Source: Octopus vulgaris (Eukaryota). Taken from it: DNA of 62,000 nucleotides. Below, piece after piece: positions 1-12,820 of the stretch (its first letter is position 1; every line of letters begins with the position of its first letter). Both the position numbers and the translations under genes were made by a program. The notes beneath the pieces are model-generated. The model made no database searches and was not told where the DNA came from. It was given only the letters and a program-made list of their open reading frames with translations. The DNA lies in contig OX597825.1 of the NCBI GenBank assembly GCA_951406725.2, positions 15,024,001-15,086,000 on the forward strand, given 5' to 3'.

Positions 1-142
1 TTTTATGGAAACATCGATTTAATGAACTAAATGAGCTAATGCACAGCACGCATTTAATCACTACGAACAAATGAAATATCTATGCTATTGAACAACCTAC
101 TAAGATATATATGTGAGTATGTGTGTATGTGTGTGTATGCAG

Positions 143-189
<47 letters not shown>

Positions 190-659
190 CATATGTGTGT
201 GTCTGTGTGTCGATATATATATATATATATATATATGGTGGAATATTTCATTCGGGAGGGGCGTACTGCCCCGATGATTTTAGCCTGGTCTCTGAGTATA
301 TAATGATCAATACGTGATGAAGTTTTAAAATAGAAACAGTTCTCTACTTCAACATGCTTTGACATGATTTGTTCATTTGTTTTTTGAGATGGAGAACATG
401 ACACAGAGAGTCTGTAACTGCTTCATTGCTTGTAGAAATGTCATCAATTAATAAAATACATTTGCAACTCTGTATTAAACCATTGCAATGGAAAAGACTG
501 ACTTCCATTGGCCTATACGTCCAACGTTTATCAAAGAATTAAATTATGTAACCACGTATATATCTGTGTAGATATGTGTATTCGTCTGCGCATGTGTGGG
601 AGTTGGTTAGTGATTGTGTTCATGTATATATGCATGTACATATGTATGTATATATGTAT

Positions 660-1542
660 TAGGGCATCCCATAAATAATGCGGTTTTCTTATACTTTTAT
701 TTTTCAAAATTAAGATACCCAAATTTCTTTTTTAATCTAAAATATACTATGCTTCATTTTGTACAATGATCTTCCATATATCTGGTAGACTTGCAAGACC
801 CCTCTTCTAAAATTCACTTGTCCCTGACGATAAATACTCCTCCTTTACTGTTCTGACCTCGTATACAGAATTCATATTTTTTCCATCCAAATGATTTTGA
901 AAACTGTAGAATGAATGATAATCAGATGGGGCAATGTCTGGCGAATATGGTGGGAGGGGAATAATTTCCAGATCACACTGCTTCAGCCGTTCAAATTCCA
1001 TCCTCACTGTATGTGGCCGAGCATTATCCTGATGGAAGACAATATTCCGTGTTGAAAACCAAGATGGTTGTTTTTCTTCTAGCGCTGACTTAAGCCGCTC
1101 AAGCTGCTCGCAGTAGATCTCCTTTGTTATTGCTTGGTTCAACTTTTCCTATCCCACCAAACACATAAGAACATCTTACGTGGATGAAGACCTTATTTAG
1201 CCTGAGATGCCAGTGTTTCTCCCTTCCTTTCCTTTCCGGCTTCGAAATTCTCACAGGGATTTAGTCGGCCCGAAACCATAGTAGGATACACTTCTCCAAG
1301 ATGCCCTGCAATGGGACTGAATCCGGAACCATGTGATGGAAGCAAACCACACAGCCACACAACTTACACAGTTTATTGCATTGAATCGTCAAGATATGTG
1401 TGCATGCAACCGATGTACCCACTTGGACATCTCCTGATGTTTCTAATAAAGTTTTCAGTCCCAATAAACTCTGCGGCATTATCCATAACTCTTACATTTT
1501 TCTCAATGTTTAAAATTGTAAAATTAATTTATGGACACCCTA
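660..1542 (-). mobile_element. Internally deleted mariner DNA transposon with transposase remnant
   Basis: Imperfect TIRs (TAGGGCATCCCATAAATAAT at 660; reverse complement TAGGGTGTCCATAAATTAAT ending 1542). Minus ORF 807-1142 has FHQDNARPH and PPYSPDIAPSDYH, typical mariner catalytic-domain motifs. Upstream it reads LHPRKMFLCVWWD (~1150-1190). Confidence 0.9.
1225..1360 (+). mobile_element. SINE 3' fragment nested in the mariner
   Basis: gtcggcccga...gggactgaatccggaaccatgtg...accacacagccac; a similar sequence recurs at 55590-55740. Confidence 0.6.
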
Positions 1543-2614
1543 TTTAGAAAAAAAACAATCTGTTATATACGTATCTCAAAACTGCTGTCTTTCTGTGCCC
1601 TCATACTCGTCTTTAATACCAATATTCTTTATTAACATTAATACTTTTGGAAATTATATATTTGTACTGGTTATTCTTGTCCCTTTTCCAGTTTGTGGTA
1701 CTGTAAGTGTCCGTTTTCTTCTATTTCTTTTATTTGACATGGTAAATTTAATTTGAGGGAATGCTTGTCAGCAGGTGAAAAGATATTAATAGTTTTGCAA
1801 TTTTTTTTTTTCCTTTTGTTTTACTTTCGATTAAGATGTTTCTCTGGCATTTCTAAATATAAATTCTTTCAAACTTTTCAGAAATGCTTTCAAAACACCA
1901 AATGCAAATGAATTAACGATTGTTTCCCTCGTCATATTATAAACATCCATTTCGATATATTTTCTTTATTAATAACCCCTAGCTCATTTCTAATTCATGC
2001 CGTTTTGACTTAACCTGTTACGTACGCCATATGAGAGAAAGCAAATATTAAAATTCGTTTCTAAATGGATACAACTGAATATAAATAGAATTATACCTTG
2101 TTTCCGAGCAATAGTTCCTTGCAGAATAATGAATAAATCAATTTCGACAAGATTTTTTTTTCTGAATTACACTTGAAGTGAACTTCGCGTAAAATAAATT
2201 TCAAAAATTTCATTAGCTGCATTTTTTGGATGAGAGAACTTTACCAGTTTATATTTCATTCTGACACACACTTTATATTTCATTTTCTTAAACAAAAACT
2301 ATGTTGTACTATCATCGGCCGGTTTTCGATTCATTTTTATTTAAATGATACACGGATTTAATCTGCTATTAATATTTTCAATTCACGGTTCTTAATTATT
2401 TTTAGGGAAGTACATTTTCCCTAGCGCCATTGGCCAGCACTATGTGATACACAAAAAGGAATCCGACCGAAAAAAGGGGGTCAAGATGCTATAATTATCC
2501 CATATTTCTCCTTCAAACTGCATCTTATTTTAGATTCTTGTTTTATTATTTTTTTTACATTGTTCAATGTAATTAAATGCGATGGGTCAGTTCAAAACGA
2601 CTTTGATTGCTTAC

Positions 2615-2690
2615 TTGATCGATCGCTCCAGAATTGGTAATCGAAAACAGCAACAACAATCAAAAGACCAACAACAACTGTAGCGTGCAT
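2615..2690 (-). CDS. Candidate first coding exon with hydrophobic, signal-peptide-like N-terminus (unverified)
   Basis: ATG at 2690 reads MHATVVVGLLIVVAVFDYQFWSDRS, then a phase-1 donor A|GTAAGC. No homology recognised; may be chance. Confidence 0.2.
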
Positions 2691-3050
2691 ATTGGTTTTA
2701 GTCACAAATGTCACTCATCTTGTTGTCTACATCTGTATCGTAAATTCTGCTACTTGTTATCCACGCTCGCACACACAGGCAGATGCTATAGCATTGTCTC
2801 CGCGTAACAGAGGTTATCAGGACGGCCATATAATCGCTTTCACATAAAAATAAACAATAATCCCTACATTACATTACGTTATGCCAAACCTGAATAAGAT
2901 AACATTATACACGTATGAATACAATATATTAGAACAATGTTCAAATTCAAAATTTCTTCAACTTTCGGCAGTGCTCCATATGTAGTGTACAGTATCCCTA
3001 ATTAAAATAATACGATATCGTTTAGTTTATATCACTGCACATGTACATGT

Positions 3051-3395
3051 GAAGGCGCGTGGCTCAGTGGTTAGAGGGTCGATCTTACGATCGTGAGGTT
3101 CTGAGTTCGAATCCCGGACCGGGCTGCGTGTTGTCTTCTTGAGCAAGACGCTTTATTTCACGTTCCTGCAGTTGACTCAGCTGCAGAAATGAGTTGCGAC
3201 GTCACAGGTGCCAAGATGTATCGGCCCTTGTCTTTCCCTTGCATAACACTGGTGACGTGGAGAGGGGAGGCCAGTATGCAGAGCGACTGCTGGTCTTCCA
3301 TAAAAAAAAAACAACCTTGCCCAGACTTGTGCCTCAGAGGGTAACTCTCTTGGTGCAAGCCCATGGTCAGTGTCTGACCGAATGGAGTCACAATA
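3051..3395 (+). mobile_element. Full-length tRNA-derived CORE-type SINE
   Basis: tRNA-like head with A box (tggctcagtggtt) and B box (gttcgaatccc); CORE-like segment (gttgtcttcttgagcaagacgcttta...ctcagctgcagaaatg); 12-bp TSD acatgtacatgt at 3039-3050 and 3396-3407. Confidence 0.9.
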
Positions 3396-4093
3396 ACATG
3401 TACATGTATCTGAATTGTGTTGGTATATGTACCTCTTATTGATCAGATCTTTCGGCATATAAATGAGATTTATATTTCACTGGCGCGTCTCCAATACGAA
3501 AAATACACACTGTTCCAATGGCCCTTAAAACGGGAAAAGGATTGCTGATATTTCTTTCATTTGTATATCGACACATTGTAGCAATCAAATATATATTATA
3601 TAAACCACAGTGGACACACATCTATTCTATTCAATATCTACTTGAGAATTCGAATCAGAGTAAATTAACTATTATAGAAACGTTTCCCAGTCGTCATTGT
3701 AAAAACGTGAATACAGTTGAAATCAACTAGATATAGATTTTTTCTTCTTTACAAACTGATTAAATCATCTCATAATTCAATCTTTCAGTATCTGAAAGAA
3801 TATTTTATTTGGTAAATTAAGTGAAAGAAAGACATTTATTATCGAAAATTCATTGAGAAAAATTGTATTGAATATAAAATTGTATTTGATATGTTCGTAT
3901 GAATATCATGTGACACTGAAATGGAGAACATATGTAGAACAATATATAAATATACACCTAGTCAACAATAATAAATAACATATTTAGAGAGAGTCTAGGT
4001 CATGAGTGTGAGTTCAACGGTTCAATTATTCTTATTCAAAGCACCTATATACATACATATATTGTAAATCTTTTCATATATATGCATACATAT

Positions 4094-4442
4094 GTGATAT
4101 ATATATAAAGGAAATGAAGAAAATGCTGACAAAATAATTTAAGTAAGGGAGAGTCTATTTAATTAGGTGAAAGTTCTTTTTACCGGTTGCGCATTTGTTA
4201 TGCTTATCAAAAGATATTTTTTTAAGAGAGATAGAGTTCCTTTCTGATAGATTTTTTTTCTCTTATAAGAGATAAGAGAAAAAAATCTATCAGAAAGGAA
4301 CACTATCTCTCTTAAAAAATATCTTTTGATAAGCATAACAAATGCGCAACCGGTAAAAAGAACTTTCACCTAATTAAATGGACTCTCCCTTACTTAAATT
4401 ATTTTGTCAGCATTCTCTTCATTTCCTTTTTTTATATATCAC
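4094..4442. repeat. Long near-perfect inverted repeat (palindrome)
   Basis: Arms 4094-4266 and 4272-4442 are reverse complements with only a few mismatches or homopolymer differences; 5-nt loop aagag. Confidence 0.95.
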
Positions 4443-4535
4443 AACTCGTGTTCTACATCTCCTTTTTTAAATATATATATATATATATATATATATTGAT
4501 ATAGATATATACACATATGTATATGTATGCATACA

Positions 4536-4596
<61 letters not shown>

Positions 4597-4604
4597 CTAT
4601 GTAT

Positions 4605-4676
<72 letters not shown>

Positions 4677-4678
<2 letters not shown>

Positions 4679-4920
4679 TTGGTGTTATGCAAAAGTGTCG
4701 AAAGTCGAAGGCGTTGCTTGTTCAGAAAACGAAAAAATAGTTTCACCATTCCATGACAAAACCGTTGTACTATACTTTGATAATTTTTCATATTTTGGCA
4801 TCTGAAACAGCTGGAGATACGATAGTTTGACCAAAAGAACCGGCTATTGCGAGCAAAATTAAATAATAATACAAAAACGCACTTGGCCAGGTTTGGACAT
4901 ACGACAGTTTTACGTAACAG

Positions 4921-4925
<5 letters not shown>
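4677..4925. mobile_element. MITE (Tc1/mariner-like) inserted in (TA)n
   Basis: Imperfect ~30-bp TIRs: CGTTGGTGTTATGCAAAAGTGTCG versus reverse complement of right end CGATGCTGTTACGTAAAACTGTCG. TA dinucleotides flank both sides. Confidence 0.75.
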
Positions 4926-4961
<36 letters not shown>

Positions 4962-5844
4962 ATCAATCTCCCTCTAAGTATTGATAGAGAGATAAATAGA
5001 TGCACGTATGTATGTATTTAGCTATGAATGGATGTATGTTATGTATGAATGTGCGTGTATGTATGTGCGTGTGTGTCTGTGTGATTTGCATCGAGTCAAT
5101 ATATAAGCACATACATTCTAAGAACTTGACGTACTGATTGCGAAAGGCACTAAAATAGGTATATGATATAGATTAAAAACCTGATAAAACATCCTTGAAG
5201 AGTAACCTAAGGGACTATCCATCATAGACAGCAGAAGAATTCTACATGACTTTCTGGTCATGTTTATGAACAAGAGTAAAAAGTTGAAGAAAACCTGGGA
5301 AGTGTAGGGACTTTTTACAGTAACAGTGCTCACAAAAATCAAATATTATAGAGCATCTGGTTTGCAAGGCTATTCACATTCATTCAGGATATTATTCCAT
5401 TCTCTTATCCTACACTTGGAATTGAGATGAAGTAAAAAAGAAAAAAAAGAAACGTTAAAAAGCTATGTCTGAAATATTCTGTGTTCCTGTAGCGATCGCA
5501 ATTTACTTTATTAATAGTTAATTTCCCCCCAACGAGCACCTGTGCAGAGAAGTAAGGTGCCTGTTTTTCGAAAAACCTTTTTTTAAGCATTTTCTCTCGT
5601 GTTTATCTTGCACATAAATATCCATATTTAATAAGTTGTGTAGTTCTAATTGAAGGATATATCCGGCATGTTTATTATTTCCTCTAAAAAAGAAAATGAG
5701 CGAAAACGATATTGCTACGTGTATATGTTTGTGCATACGTATGTACGCGAGAGGTTGTATAGATATATAAATATTTATGACCATATGTACATGCATAAAT
5801 GTATCCAAGTATGTATATTTATGTGTGTGTATGTATATATATAT

Positions 5845-5891
<47 letters not shown>

Positions 5892-7418
5892 TATACGTAT
5901 ATGTATATGTATAATATGTGATATATCGATTTTTGCCACGTTTAACTCACACCGTATGTATAAGAAGATATAAGCGACTTGTGTTTATTTATGATATCTT
6001 CGAGAACAGAAAAATAACAGAAGCCTAAATAGTTTTCATAGAATTTTGTCTTGGCATCAATGAAAGTGTTACCCCTTTAACTGTCCATAACTCTTCTTTC
6101 CATACATAAAGCTTTGCTAAATACAAGAATATTTACAATGAAACAAAATGAAACAAAAGACATTAGATTCTAAGATGTATGCATTTTCGGTGCAAATTGG
6201 ACAAGCTTCTTTATCAAGTTCTCCAAAAGAACGTATTTTATAAGCAGTATTTCTGAGGCGCGGAGCTGACATTCATAATCGATCTCTAGGTAAGTCCCAA
6301 GAGGCGATCCAAATTAGTCATCTTTTCCTCTGATTTCACCCTCCACCCAGTCAGGTATAATATAAATCGCTTTCCGTGTCTATATTTAGTGTATTTGTTA
6401 CAAGACAACGTTAATCAAAATAACGATAAAACCACATTTATATGTGTATTTGCATGTATGTGTGCTTATGTGTTTGTGTGCGTGTGTACAGAATTTGTTT
6501 ATTTTAGGACTTTTGTTATTCCACAATGTCACGTAACTATTATATGATATTATCAGATACCAAACTAATGAGAAGAAACAGAAAAGAATTCCGTGATTGC
6601 GGAATAATGAAGACGCGCATGGAAAACTTTGAAAAATCAATCTAAGAAACTAAAGTTTACTGTAACACCTCTGATATAACACGGAGACACAGTAAAGTAA
6701 TAGAAAATAAGGAAATATGATTTGGTGCATTAAAGGTCATATCTAAACTTGGCACTCACGCAAGAGATTATCCAGCAAATCGACTTCAAATTAAGCAATA
6801 AAAAATAGAAAAGCAGATGATTTAGTTGGAGAAGCATGTGTTACTTCCCAAGGGTTGGATTAAAATATCTGAAGAAGCATTCTGTTATTCACATCGTTCG
6901 TGTAACACGGGAAAGACTTGAGTGCTGGTATATAGAGTCAACAGAAAATTTCCGTTGCAGCATTAGATGTAATAAAGAGACGAGTTACAAACTTAATTCT
7001 TTTGTGTCAGGGGAGAATCATGTTGTGTTTGTCCATGTCCGTGTTTGTGTATGTGTAAAAATAAGAAATAAGTGGAAATTTTATTTACCGGTGAGTGTGT
7101 TACATTATAAGGCACAAATGGAAAATGACTCTCTCCAGACACAACAGAATATGCTTCAACACACGAACTCATATAAATAATCTTACAAACCAAATCGAAA
7201 AACGAAATACAAACTTAATGTTTATGTATTAGTTTAGCAAGTTTCTTCGCATGTAAGTCGAATAAGTGGATCAGTTCCTCTATATCAACACTATGACATT
7301 CCACGTAGACCACGCTGATCATTTCCACGCATATCTCCATAGCAAAACCAACGTTGATGGATGGGTATAGAGATGATGAATATATGCTATTATGCAGGCC
7401 TTCACCTTCACGTTGCAG

Positions 7419-7554
7419 GTGCAGATGCATTCATTAATTCTACATAGGGCGTCCTCCGTGCTGTCAACAGACATCCAGGAACATCCTGATTATGAGGCGA
7501 AGTATTATAGAGAGGAGTTACAAACCGAACTGGAACATGGTGGCTCGAGAGATT
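7419..7554 (+). CDS. Candidate internal exon (unverified)
   Basis: Good acceptor ccttcaccttcacgttgcag| and donor |gtaagt; 136 nt open in one frame (VQMHSLILHRASSVLSTDIQEHPDYEAKYYREELQTELEHGGSRD). No homology recognised. Confidence 0.3.
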
Positions 7555-8016
7555 GTAAGTCTGTAAATCACGGCACAAAAATCAGACCGACTAAGGAGGC
7601 CACGCATATGACAGAATGTAAACCGAAATACCACAGAAAACCCGAATTGAATAGCAACACTGCTACCCGTCAACCTAACGCCTGAAGACAGAACAGTACA
7701 CAGAAGAGACAAGGGGACACACACAGATACAAACGGTACAATATACAAACCGTCACACATGCACACGAGACACAGAGACATATGCGAGACATATAGACAA
7801 GCACACACATACTCAGAGTCACAGATGCGGACGATTGTGCAGGCAATCATATGCACCATAGAAAGGTATCATGGAGTAAACACTGAGGCCAGAAAGAAGG
7901 GGAGGTAGTGTGAAGAAAATAGAATGGTTATTGTGGACATCAAATGATGCAACGTAAGAGCTTTTACGAAGCTACCGATAACTAGTAATTCAAAGGAGCT
8001 ATTAAATACGGTATTG

Positions 8017-8064
<48 letters not shown>

Positions 8065-8160
8065 ATAATGAGGGAGATAAGTTGAATATTAATTTAATTA
8101 ATATCAATTTAAAACCAGTAGCCTAACATACAACAATCTGTAAAATCAGAGAAAATTCTA

Positions 8161-8307
8161 ATACATGTGTATATTTAAAGGGCTAAAAAGCCACTAGGAG
8201 GTCAGCCGTATGCTAGAAGTAGATCACCTACGTAGGTGATCGTAGGTGATCTACTTCTAGCATACGGCTGACCACCTAGGTTTGTTTTTAGCCCTTTAAA
8301 TATACAC

Positions 8308-8313
<6 letters not shown>
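8161..8313. repeat. Fold-back palindrome at the end of a (TA)n-flanked repeat element
   Basis: Arms 8161-8232 and 8241-8313 are reverse complements apart from one short divergent patch; the centre has a 10-bp direct duplication cgtaggtgat. Confidence 0.9.
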
Positions 8314-8369
<56 letters not shown>

Positions 8370-9911
8370 TGTAGACGTGACGGCGATGGCTAGAATGGTT
8401 GTGGTGAGTATTGACTTAAGATAATACCTATAACGAAACATTTACTCTTCACCAACAGAATTTTTGGTGTGATTGTATGTATAGTATGTATGTCAGATAG
8501 TATGTTCACATACTAGTATGGTGTGATAGAGTATGTATGATAGTATGTATCCACTGAGTAATGACATCTATAAACACTGAATTTCTTCTCGGGAACCACA
8601 TATTCATTTAGTACAGATTTTAGGTCAACATTTTATGACGTGGTGTTTAAAGTACAAGTTTAATCACATTCATTCTCGTAGAGCGCAAAAAGGTTCGTTA
8701 GTGTAATGCACATGATTCTTAGTATTAAAACTTTTCTCCATTGAGCGGGAGAGAAGAGTCGTAAATCATTGTCAATATTAAAATTTTTAATGTAGCATAT
8801 GTTTAGTCCCACTTCTTTTTCTTTATTCGTATTTCTACGAAAGTACGTGTAATGAACGAAATGATACTTTCTGTATGAATGAGTGCAAAAATCTAATTGC
8901 ACCATTTATTTAGTTTCTCTTGATTTATTAGCATTTTTGTTAAACCATACCGGTACTGAACGAAGGAATACTTAGTAGACTGTGTTGGACTGTGTTTTCT
9001 GTTCGGAAGTGAGTCCGTGCCTATTCAGTAGAAAATCATGTTTAACTAGAATTTATATCATGTTCAGCCTTAATTGAAGTTTATTAAGTTTTCCTATATG
9101 TTTCAAACAAAATTAAACTTCAGTCATTCTAGCATCAATTTATCGTCGCTAAGCCTCGAAATAATAGATATTTATAGCGTTCAGAGATATTATACTGATC
9201 AGATCAATCAACGGTCTCTATTATTGAAGATAAGATTCAGTCAAATTCTAAATCTGTTTCATGTTTGAAACAGCACAGTCACGCAATTGAATACTTATAA
9301 GATCAATATGTTTCCCTATCGACCGCATTCTCCACATTGCCAACGCCAGCAATGTTATCAACGAAAGCAGACAAAATAAGACAAACGCTACCAACGAATC
9401 TCTTCATACGTATTGCCATTATAATTCATTTGCTTTTATCCATTCTTTATTTATATAGAATTTTTCCCATGAAGAAAGGTTGAAGATTAAATGTGGAATG
9501 GAAATTATATGAAAATGAGTTTTTAAAAACCTTCCACACACATATATTTTGTACCTGGACGTATGCACACGCACAAACACACACACAAACGCACACACTC
9601 AAACATACATACATACAGGCATATATACACTCATACATAAACACACAAACATATATATACATAAGTACTTATATATGTATAACGTATTTATATATAATAT
9701 ATTATGTAAATGTATATATATATATTGGTGTGTCTGTGTGTTTATTTATAAGTGTGGGCGCGTATGTGTACTTAAATGTATGCATAATTGTTTGCGGGTA
9801 TATATTTTTATCTTTATGTATCTAGTTCTTACCCGTTGTTACAACTATTCAAGTAAATAGCTCATCACGAAATCTACGGATGCGAGTGCGCGTGTATGCG
9901 TGTGCATCTAC

Positions 9912-9958
<47 letters not shown>

Positions 9959-10439
9959 ACAAAAAAGGGGATTGGAAATGGTCGGTAGTATTACACGTGT
10001 CGCATTTGTTAATAGCAATTGCAAAGCTTTTATATGTTAGACAGATATTTTAGGAATGTCCTATCGGAAATTCGTTAGACAAAGAAATTAAGTGATTATC
10101 AAAATTTTCTGTCTGAGGACGACTAAAAGGAAATTCATTAAATGTCGGTCTAGGAATGTAAAACTTTGTAACTCATATTAGCAAATGAAACATATGTAAT
10201 GATGAATAAATAGGAACAGAACATTTCCCAACGTCCTGTTTTTTTTTATACAATGACTCTGCAAATAATACTTCCATAATTCTCAATTTCAGTTTGTATT
10301 TTGCACTAACACCCAGAAGCGACTGAGGCTAAATATTCGATTCTAATATTGAAATGAACGCAGGAGCTTCAATACAGTTGCGATTTAATCTACCTACCTA
10401 ATATACATATATATATTTACATTCACACACACGCGCGCG

Positions 10440-10700
10440 TAAGATCAAGATTTCGATTCTCGGCGACATGTTGTGTCCTTCAGCGAGGCCTATTATTTCT
10501 CGTTGCTCAATCCCACTCAGCTGGTAAATTAGAGTTGTACGTGTAATTCAAAGGGTCAGACTTGCCGCATTCAGTGTGTAACATTGAACCTCCCTTCGAA
10601 CTATGTTAAACCTACACGTACCACTGGAATGCTTAGCCACTTGCACGTTGATTACTTGAGCGAGCCGTTCCGCTGGAACACTTGCCGTCGTAATCGACGG
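10440..10700 (+). mobile_element. Decayed CORE-type SINE
   Basis: B-box-like tttcgattctc followed by tgttgtgtccttcagcgagg...ttgctcaatcccactcagctggtaaat, similar to the CORE segment of the 3051 copy. Confidence 0.6.
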
Positions 10701-10758
10701 AGAGCTAGGTCAGTATGGTCAGTATACGCGCACACTCACATATGTATATATATATGTA

Positions 10759-10821
<63 letters not shown>

Positions 10822-10831
10822 ACACACACAT

Positions 10832-10869
<38 letters not shown>

Positions 10870-10874
<5 letters not shown>

Positions 10875-11125
10875 ATATAATATGTGACAATTATACGGTT
10901 GCTATAATAAGGCTCGAAGTTTCGGATGTCAGGGCGGAAACCTGCTCCAGCATCTTTTCAGTTATCGAGGCAATCAAAATATGCTATGAAAATGACCGTT
11001 AAACAAAAGGAAATTACTATGTAATTGACCGTTATTAAGACTATAAAGCTATTAGAATGAGCGTTCAATAACGGGAGGAAGTAAAAGTTAAGGGAGTAAA
11101 AATGCTCATAGCAATCGCGTATATG
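10870..11125 (-). mobile_element. (TA)n-anchored repeat with degenerate hammerhead ribozyme (probable Penelope-like pseudo-LTR), copy 1
   Basis: Alignable by eye with 57065-57303. Minus strand reads GATAA-CTGAAAA-GATG...CATC-C-GAAA-C-TTCGA-GCC-TTATT. Confidence 0.7.
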
Positions 11126-11397
11126 CATTATAATGTTTTACGTATCTAAGTTGTAGTATATACTAAAGTTTCTAGTTTCTTCCATTAGTTTGAAGCTTTA
11201 TTCGCTTCAAGTATTGCAAATGTGCACATAATTAGATGCTTCGTAACAAGGATAAAAATTAGAATACAGATGTATACCGATGAGATGCGCTACACTTATA
11301 TTTCTGTTACATTTTTGAAGAAAATATCTTGGAAACAATATATAAATCATTAGTTTTGAGGGTTTGTCGGCAAGAAATTAAGGATATTTAATATAAT

Positions 11398-11719
11398 TAT
11401 TTTTTATATATTTATGCGCCCTTTTCAAACCTAGCCAGTCTCACGGGCCCGGTTTCCCGGTTTCTATGGCGTATGCGTTGCCCCCAGGTGGACAGGACGC
11501 CAGTCCATCGTAGCGTCACTCAAGAAACAGAAAAAGAGTGGGAGAAAGTTTGGGCGAAAGAGTACAGCAGGGGTCGCCACCACCCTCTGCCGGAGCCTGG
11601 TAGAGCTTTAGGTGGTTCCGCTCAATAAACACACACAACGCCCGGTCTGGGAATCGAAACCGCGATCCTCCGACCATGAGTTCGCTGCCCTAACCACTGG
11701 CCCATTGCGCCTCCACACC
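11398..11719 (-). mobile_element. tRNA-derived SINE (family shared with 48737 and 59866 copies)
   Basis: Minus strand starts gtgtggaggcgcaatgggccagtggttagggcagcg...gtttcgattcccagaccggg; 9-bp TSD taatataat. Confidence 0.85.
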
Positions 11720-12479
11720 TAATATAATGAAGGATATAAATATTTTCATAGAGAATATTTTAGAAATGATGCCTGCATGCAATGAACTAAGGGTTTTCTT
11801 CAATTAGGTTCTGATATCTCTAATATTGATTTGGTTATTTTGATATCGTTTAAAATAGAGTGAAGATCATCCTACTGTATGTTAGACCTCAGGGAATTTT
11901 CTCCAATTTGTGAGAGGGAGGAGAAATCAGGTACACAAATATCGATAAATTATAAAGAAAGGAAACAAGAAAGAATTAATGAAATAAAGAAAATATGTAT
12001 TGGATGGCGCATTTGTTTCATCGATGCCAAAAGTGTGATATACAAAACTGAACTTCACACGAATTGAACTTAGTGCCATGAGGCTATACGAAAGTTATAC
12101 CAAAACTGGCAACACTGCCAAGTTTGCGGAATAAGACAGTGTGCATAACCCAGAAATTAGAAAAAAGACAAAAACCACAATAAAAGCTAGCAAAGATCAT
12201 TCCGAATAGTTCAGAATGCTAAGTGATTATCGCATATTTCCTGTGCATAAATTTGTTATCGTGTTGGTTAAGTTTTCATTATACAGCATTTTTAAACAGT
12301 TTTGTTTCAGGCACGTGTTGTGAGATGCCGAGATGCCTTTTTCCTATAATGCTTAATGTGTGTATTTTAGCCACACAAAGAATGATACTGTATGAGTGCA
12401 TTAAAAAACATTCACACAATATATTTTATAATTTAGATATACGCCGTGTGTGCATGATGTGAATGCATAAATTTAAATG

Positions 12480-12566
<87 letters not shown>

Positions 12567-12687
12567 CATATATATATATATATGCATATATATATATATA
12601 TATATCATTTTATATATATATAATGGTCCTTTTACATACTGAACACTTGGTGAAATTGATTAATTAATTAATTTTACCCTCAATTGT

Positions 12688-12820
<133 letters not shown>

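Noticed and set aside
3051-3125. tRNA-like A/B boxes here and at 11640-11719, 48134, 48737, 50634 and 59866
   Set aside because: These are SINE heads continuing into SINE bodies with TSDs, not tRNA genes.
6246-6290. Plus-strand mini-exon AVFLRRGADIHNRSL (ankyrin-like GADIH) with GTAAGT donor
   Set aside because: Too short; no companion ankyrin exons found.
9300-9400. Minus frame SLVAFVLFCLLSLITLLALAMWRMR resembling a transmembrane helix
   Set aside because: Preceded by a stop, with no convincing acceptor or start.
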